From Phoronis australis (lineage: Eukaryota > Animalia > Phoronida), in contig NMRA01000136.1 in assembly GCA_002633005.1 (NCBI GenBank), positions 708,944 through 772,943 of the forward strand: a stretch of DNA of 64,000 nucleotides, written 5' to 3'. Shown here piece after piece: positions 54,101 to 60,100 of the stretch. The translations under genes were made by a program, and so were the position numbers. A model generated the notes under the pieces. It did no database searches and had not been told where the DNA came from. It saw only the letters and a list, made by a program, of their open reading frames with translations. Numbering within the stretch: position 1 is the first letter of the stretch; each line of letters starts with the position of its first letter.

Positions 54101-57100
54101 CCAAAGGCACAAGCAACTTTCCTATTCGATGAAGAAGGGCCTTGATTAAGGAATCTGATTAAAGGTCCTGTTGTGTGGAGTAGAGCAACTGACCTATCGG
54201 CAGGATTTTGAGTGACAGCTTAACTGACCAATCAGAACGCAGCATTCTTGACACACCTTCGTTTCCAAGCTGCCATTTTACCTGACAAACAACACGTTGC
54301 CGGGTAAAACTCATTGTTTTTTTGTCAACATTAAGCAAGGGGGCGGAGCTTGCGATATGTCAGTTACAACCTTAAGCGGTGGCTTCACAGCAATAAATCA
54401 TTTGATCATAAGTTGATAAATCGTGGATTAAAATTTGTGATGAAGTTAGGTTAGGATTATTTTTGCCGGAAGAAATACTGGGATTAGCAGAAATATATGC
54501 ACTAAAGCTTATCACTTGACTGGTACAATGGTTATAGTAAATCTTTGAACCATGGGAAATAACTGGCCTGCGAGTGTCTGATGCGACAAAACATCACGCG
54601 AACGCTTAACAATAGACTACTATTAAGTCTTGAAAATCAACCCTCTCTTGTTGAGGACCTTTGTAAGTTTTGAAATGTTATACTTGGAGATTGTGGTAAA
54701 TACTGCTCATAGTAATTTGAACTATATGAAGCTCTTTGTTTATATAAAGCCAAACTTTGTTATTGTTATATACAGTGTAAACTCCAGACCTATTTTTTCG
54801 TCATATTTCTTACGCCATTTTCAAAGTTCTAATAAATAGTAATGCCATAACGGTTCGTCAAATGAAAGCATTCTGTCATAATTATTGTGTTGTACTGATC
54901 AACACAGGCCATGGATATTGCTGTGGAGTACATATCTCTAAGTGACGGCTGTCTGAAGTACCTAGAGGTAGTTCTTGCCGATGTGGAGAAGAAAGACTGT
55001 TGGCTCATTGTAGACAATCTGCACCTGGCCCCGGACTCTGTATTGAAACGGTTGAAGGGAATGTTGCACCGGCTCAAGCTGAATCGAGGTAAGACTTAGA
55101 GGGAAGTGATTAGTTCAATGAAATTGATCTTGGATGCTGTATGTAGAAGGGAGATGAAATGGTCGGGAATTGGTAATGCAATACAAGGGTGTGGAAACGA
55201 CTCCATGACCAGGCCTCTAAATTCCAGCTGAGATATCCTAGTCCCCATTCCTGGACCAAGAAACACCAAACCTGTGATGCAAATCTGCAGACAGTGCGGT
55301 CCTAAACGGCACACACATGTGCAGAGAATACTCAAACCTGGTGACAAAACTCCATGTCCGGGGACCAAACTCCAGAAGCAGATAATGGGCCCTGGTTGAA
55401 AACCTTTATTTTTTTAAATTTTGAGATAAATTTCAAAATATAAGTTTTCCAAGCTTCTCACATCGAAATTTAAAATTTTCTGTGATTAGGGAGACCATAT
55501 GAGTGGTGACGAATCAGAAATATGTATTATCAGTTAATCTTCAAGTCATGCTTGGTTCTTGCTAGACTCAGAAGAATGAGAGGGTTTTATTGTCACATAT
55601 TCATGGTATGCCACCGTTGGAAGAGTCCATTATTTGTTCTTGACTATACTTTTTGCCTCCTGACTATAGATGTAGATGGGCCTCCAGACTCAAGCCCCAA
55701 GTCCTGCGTGTGGGTGATTAGTGAACCGTCAGACCGTATCCCCTCCAGTCTGATACAATCACTGTCTAAGATGGCCTGGGACCAAGTGAGCATGGCATTA
55801 GTTGAGGAACAAACTGATGAGCCGGAGTGGAGCCTGGACTTTAGGAATATACAGCCAGCTCTCAACAATGGTAAGCTTTCTATCATATCAATGGTGTGCT
55901 ATAAGCTGTAACTCTGTGGCCTTGTGTCTACTGAATTAAAAATTTTTGTTAAATTCATATGGTACCAGATGTTTTCATCTAGTACTAGGTTATAACCACT
56001 GTTGCCAAACCACCCTCAGAGACAGCTGTTAAAACTGGTTTGAAAGTGTTCAAACTGTCATTTATAACACTTTTAAATTGGTTTGAAATTTATAACTAAA
56101 TTGGTTTGAAATTTATAACCGCTTTGGTATGAATAGGGTATAAAAGTTGCACGATTTAGTTGTTTTTATTATGCAGCTAGTAATAAAATTTCTTCCTTGT
56201 CCAGCCATTGTGTCCAGCTTAGCAAGTGTCTCCAGTGGTCAGTGGGACGTGGTCAGTGGTCAGAGTGCCACAATCAAGCTTGCTGTCTACAGTGTCTGCG
56301 TGGTGCAGGGCATCCTGCAGACTCGCCAGATGTTTGGTACCCGTGGTGCCTCCCAGTGGTACCCGTACTCACACGCACAGATAGATCAGGCTATACAACT
56401 GTTGTGTGGCGGATTATTGGCTGACACCAAAGATGGGGAACCAACTATTGAGGCAATATGCAAGGCTGTCTCAAATGTGAGTATAAACAGAATGTCATCC
56501 CAAAACTGAATAACTTTTCACCAGGTTTTTGCTTATGGTTTATATTTGACACATGCCGATTCCATGGTGCAAGTCTCTACTTTGTTAATAGATATATACT
56601 GCAACAGCCGTAGTCCACCTCCGGCATTATCATAAAAGCTGATATGTTAGATTTTTTTGAGTAAAGCAGAGCAGTAATCACATTTCAGCTGTGACTTTAA
56701 CCCATTGAAGCCTGTTAGATTAATGGCCTATGTAACAGGTTCATCATTTTTGGTAAAAACGTAGCGATAATAATATTTCAGTGTTAGTATAAACGTAGCA
56801 ACACTGCTGTTTCTCTGGTTTGCATTGTATGGGTTTCCAGACAAGTATTTTTTATGACAAAATACAAGGTTGCTGCTCACAGGGAGTTAAATAACCTTTG
56901 GTTTTTGTGCTGACAATTTTTGTCAGAGCTCTTAAAATCTTGTGTTTTGTCCTAAAAGTGAACACTAAATTATGACCTCTATTTTACCCTTGATTATTTT
57001 AGCTGATCTTTACCAATGTGTTGATGTGTGACTGGGACGTGTCCTACATGACTGGACTTGTTGAACATGTGATAACATCCATCATGAACACACAAGCAGA

Positions 57101-60100
57101 CAGTGTTCTGATGAACGGAATAGCATTACCAACACCACCAGCAAATATTGGTGAGCCAGCAGTTGTTTCTGTGTAAACTTTTTATTCCTAGTTAAAACTG
57201 TTTCTCTAAAAAATCAAAATGCTGCAGCTACAAACCCACCATTGTTTCTCCTATTGTTCCTTATCATATTCCTCGTATTTTAGTAAAGGGATTTCTGGGC
57301 GTGGGAAAACTTAGCGTTCATTTTTGGCTTTAGACATGGTTCAAAACATTAACTACAGTTTGATCCACCTGTGTGTTAAGCATGTCATCATACAATAATG
57401 AAGTGCCAGGGTCCTACATAACCTTTAAGTCAAAATCAGCATAAACGTATTGCATTATTTCATTGCTGAATGAATTTTCAGTCCAGTCTAAATAATTCAA
57501 AGCCTCCTATTGGACAAATATGTGAACCATGTTCTCCATATTTCCAGAGCCTTGTGACTATGCCAGTTGGTACAGAGAGAAGACTCAGGATACCACATAC
57601 ACTGTTGATGCACTGTCTCTAGATGTCAGTGATGAGAAGATGTACAATGAAGCCAGGTAAAAACGAAAATAAATGAGTTTAAAAAGTTTTATGTGAAGTA
57701 GTGAAAAAATAACGACAAAATTAATAAAGATTTCATTAGATATTTGGATTTTGTATTTACGAACAAATTTGCACAAAGGTTGGAGCTTGTACCATTGTCT
57801 ACATTTAATTTGCTAGCGTAGCTACCTGAAGGTAAATTAAGCATTGTTTTAGAAATGTGACTATCACCATCAGACATCCCATTTCACACAATGTGAGTGC
57901 TAGTTTGATATTTTGATATTTTGCGATGGTGACAAAAAATTGAGTTTTGAAATAAGGCAAGTGGACGCTTCGTGATCTTTATGATTATACTGTGTTGGAG
58001 CTGATAGCTGTTATTTGTGGCTGAATAATCCGCTTAATTCTTATTTTACCTCACTTTAAAGTTGGCCATTTTTGGCCTACTCAAGCAACGTTCAATAGAA
58101 TATCTGAACTAAATTCTTTATTCTTTTTGCAGTGCACTGCAGTTCATGAGCCAGCTCAGTCGATTGTACATTGCCTATAATAGTGATGAGCCTGTCACCA
58201 AGTCATCCACATCCTCTGTACACCTCAACCAGCTGCGCACGGCCCTTGACCTGTGCCAGGAGATGCTGCCCCCTCTACTGGAGTTAGGAGACATGCCTGT
58301 GGACGCTAAGATTCTAGAGTTCAGCTTCCCCTACCACAGGCCCAGTGTTCTGAGTCTGGCCAGTGCTGAGAATATATTGATGCCAGAGACACTGGGATTC
58401 GTGCTGTTACAGGTACTGTTGTGGACAGTCATTTTTCACACATGGTCAACAAGAAAAATTCTATTTTATCAAATTTTACCATAACAAAGGTTAAGAAAAA
58501 TTAGTTCACTAGAATGGTTTGGGTAAAGTAACAAATCAACGTTTAGCAATTGATGTTCCATTATTTACAGCAAGGGGATCTTTCTCCGAAGAATGGAGAC
58601 TGTTTTCTGGCAACTTTGTGTCAAATTGTATCTCATTTCTAGTTTCAAAGTATAGTCACGTCAAGTGGATCAAACAGCTGTGTTTGGGTTATGGGTCACC
58701 TTTTGTATAAACTAATCAAATACTTTCATTTCTCTGTTTCATGTTAGGAGTGTCGCTGGCTCAACTCTCTACTGTGCCATGTCAGACAGTCTGTGTATGA
58801 CGTGCAGCAATGCCTGCTGAGTGGTCCAGACAGCTTTGAGCCCCGCCTCCTTCCCACAGTACATGCCCTTCAGGAGGAGATAATCCCCTCCTCTTGGATC
58901 CACCCTAACAGGCAGCCCAACACACACACACTCATCACATGGTTGGAAGGTGAGTTAACAGTTGTCTACAGTGAGATCTAGACAGTCTATAAAGTATGAA
59001 TTGTTATAATTGTGANTGCCTATAATAGTGATGAGCCTGTCACCAAGTCATCCACATCCTCTGTACACCTCAACCAGCTGCGCACGGCCCTTGACCTGTG
59101 CCAGGAGATGTTGCCCCCTCTACTGGAGTTAGGAGACATGCCTGTGGATGCTAAGATTCTAGAGTTCAGCTTCCCCTACCACAGGCCCAGTGTTCTGAGT
59201 CTGGCCAGTGCTGAGAATATATTGATGCCAGAGACACTGGGATTTGTGCTGTTACAGGTACTGTTGTGGACAGTCATTTTTCACACATGGTCAACAAGAA
59301 AAATTCTATTTTATCAAATTTTACCATAACAAAGGTTAAGAAAAATTAGTTCACTAGAATGGTTTGGGTAAAGTAACAAATCAACGTTTAGCAATTAATG
59401 TTCCATTATTTACAGCAAGGGGATCTTTCTCCAAAGAATGGAGACTGTTTTCTGGCAACTTTGTGTCAAATTATATCTCATTTCTAGTTTCAAAGTATAG
59501 TCACATCAAGTGGATCAAACAGCTGTGTTTGGGTTATGGGTCACCTTTTGTATAAACTAATCAAATACTTTCTCATTTCTCTGTTTCATGTTAGGAGTGT
59601 CGCTGGCTCAACTCTCTACTGTGCCATGTCAGACAGTCTGTGTATGACGTGCAACAATGCCTGCTGAGTGGTCCAGACAGCTTTGAGCCCCGCCTCCTTC
59701 CCACAGTACATGCCCTTCAGGAGGAGATAATCCCCTCCTCTTGGATCCACCCTAACAGGCAGCCCAACACACACACACTCATCACATGGTTGGAAGGTGA
59801 GTTAACAGTTGTCTACAGTGAGATCTAGACAGTCTATAAAGTATGAATTGTTATAATTGTGATCCCCAGTAATGTATTTTAATTTTTATTATCCCCGGAT
59901 AAATTGCATTTCTCCCTTGCAACATTTGGTCAAGTAATTATTCATATTTCCTTCCTACAGTTGATGATTTTAGGATTAAACAGAAATGCAGATATTCATT
60001 TTCACCATTTTCTTGCTAGTAAATGTTGCAAATTTCCTTTGTAAAATGGCTATGATGTCTTTGTATTGTTTTAAAAAGCATATATCAATTTTCATTAAAC

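Noticed and set aside
53411-55088. Genuine mutually exclusive exon pair
   Set aside because: The exon copies are identical and the duplication junction is exactly an N, as with two other joins in the window.
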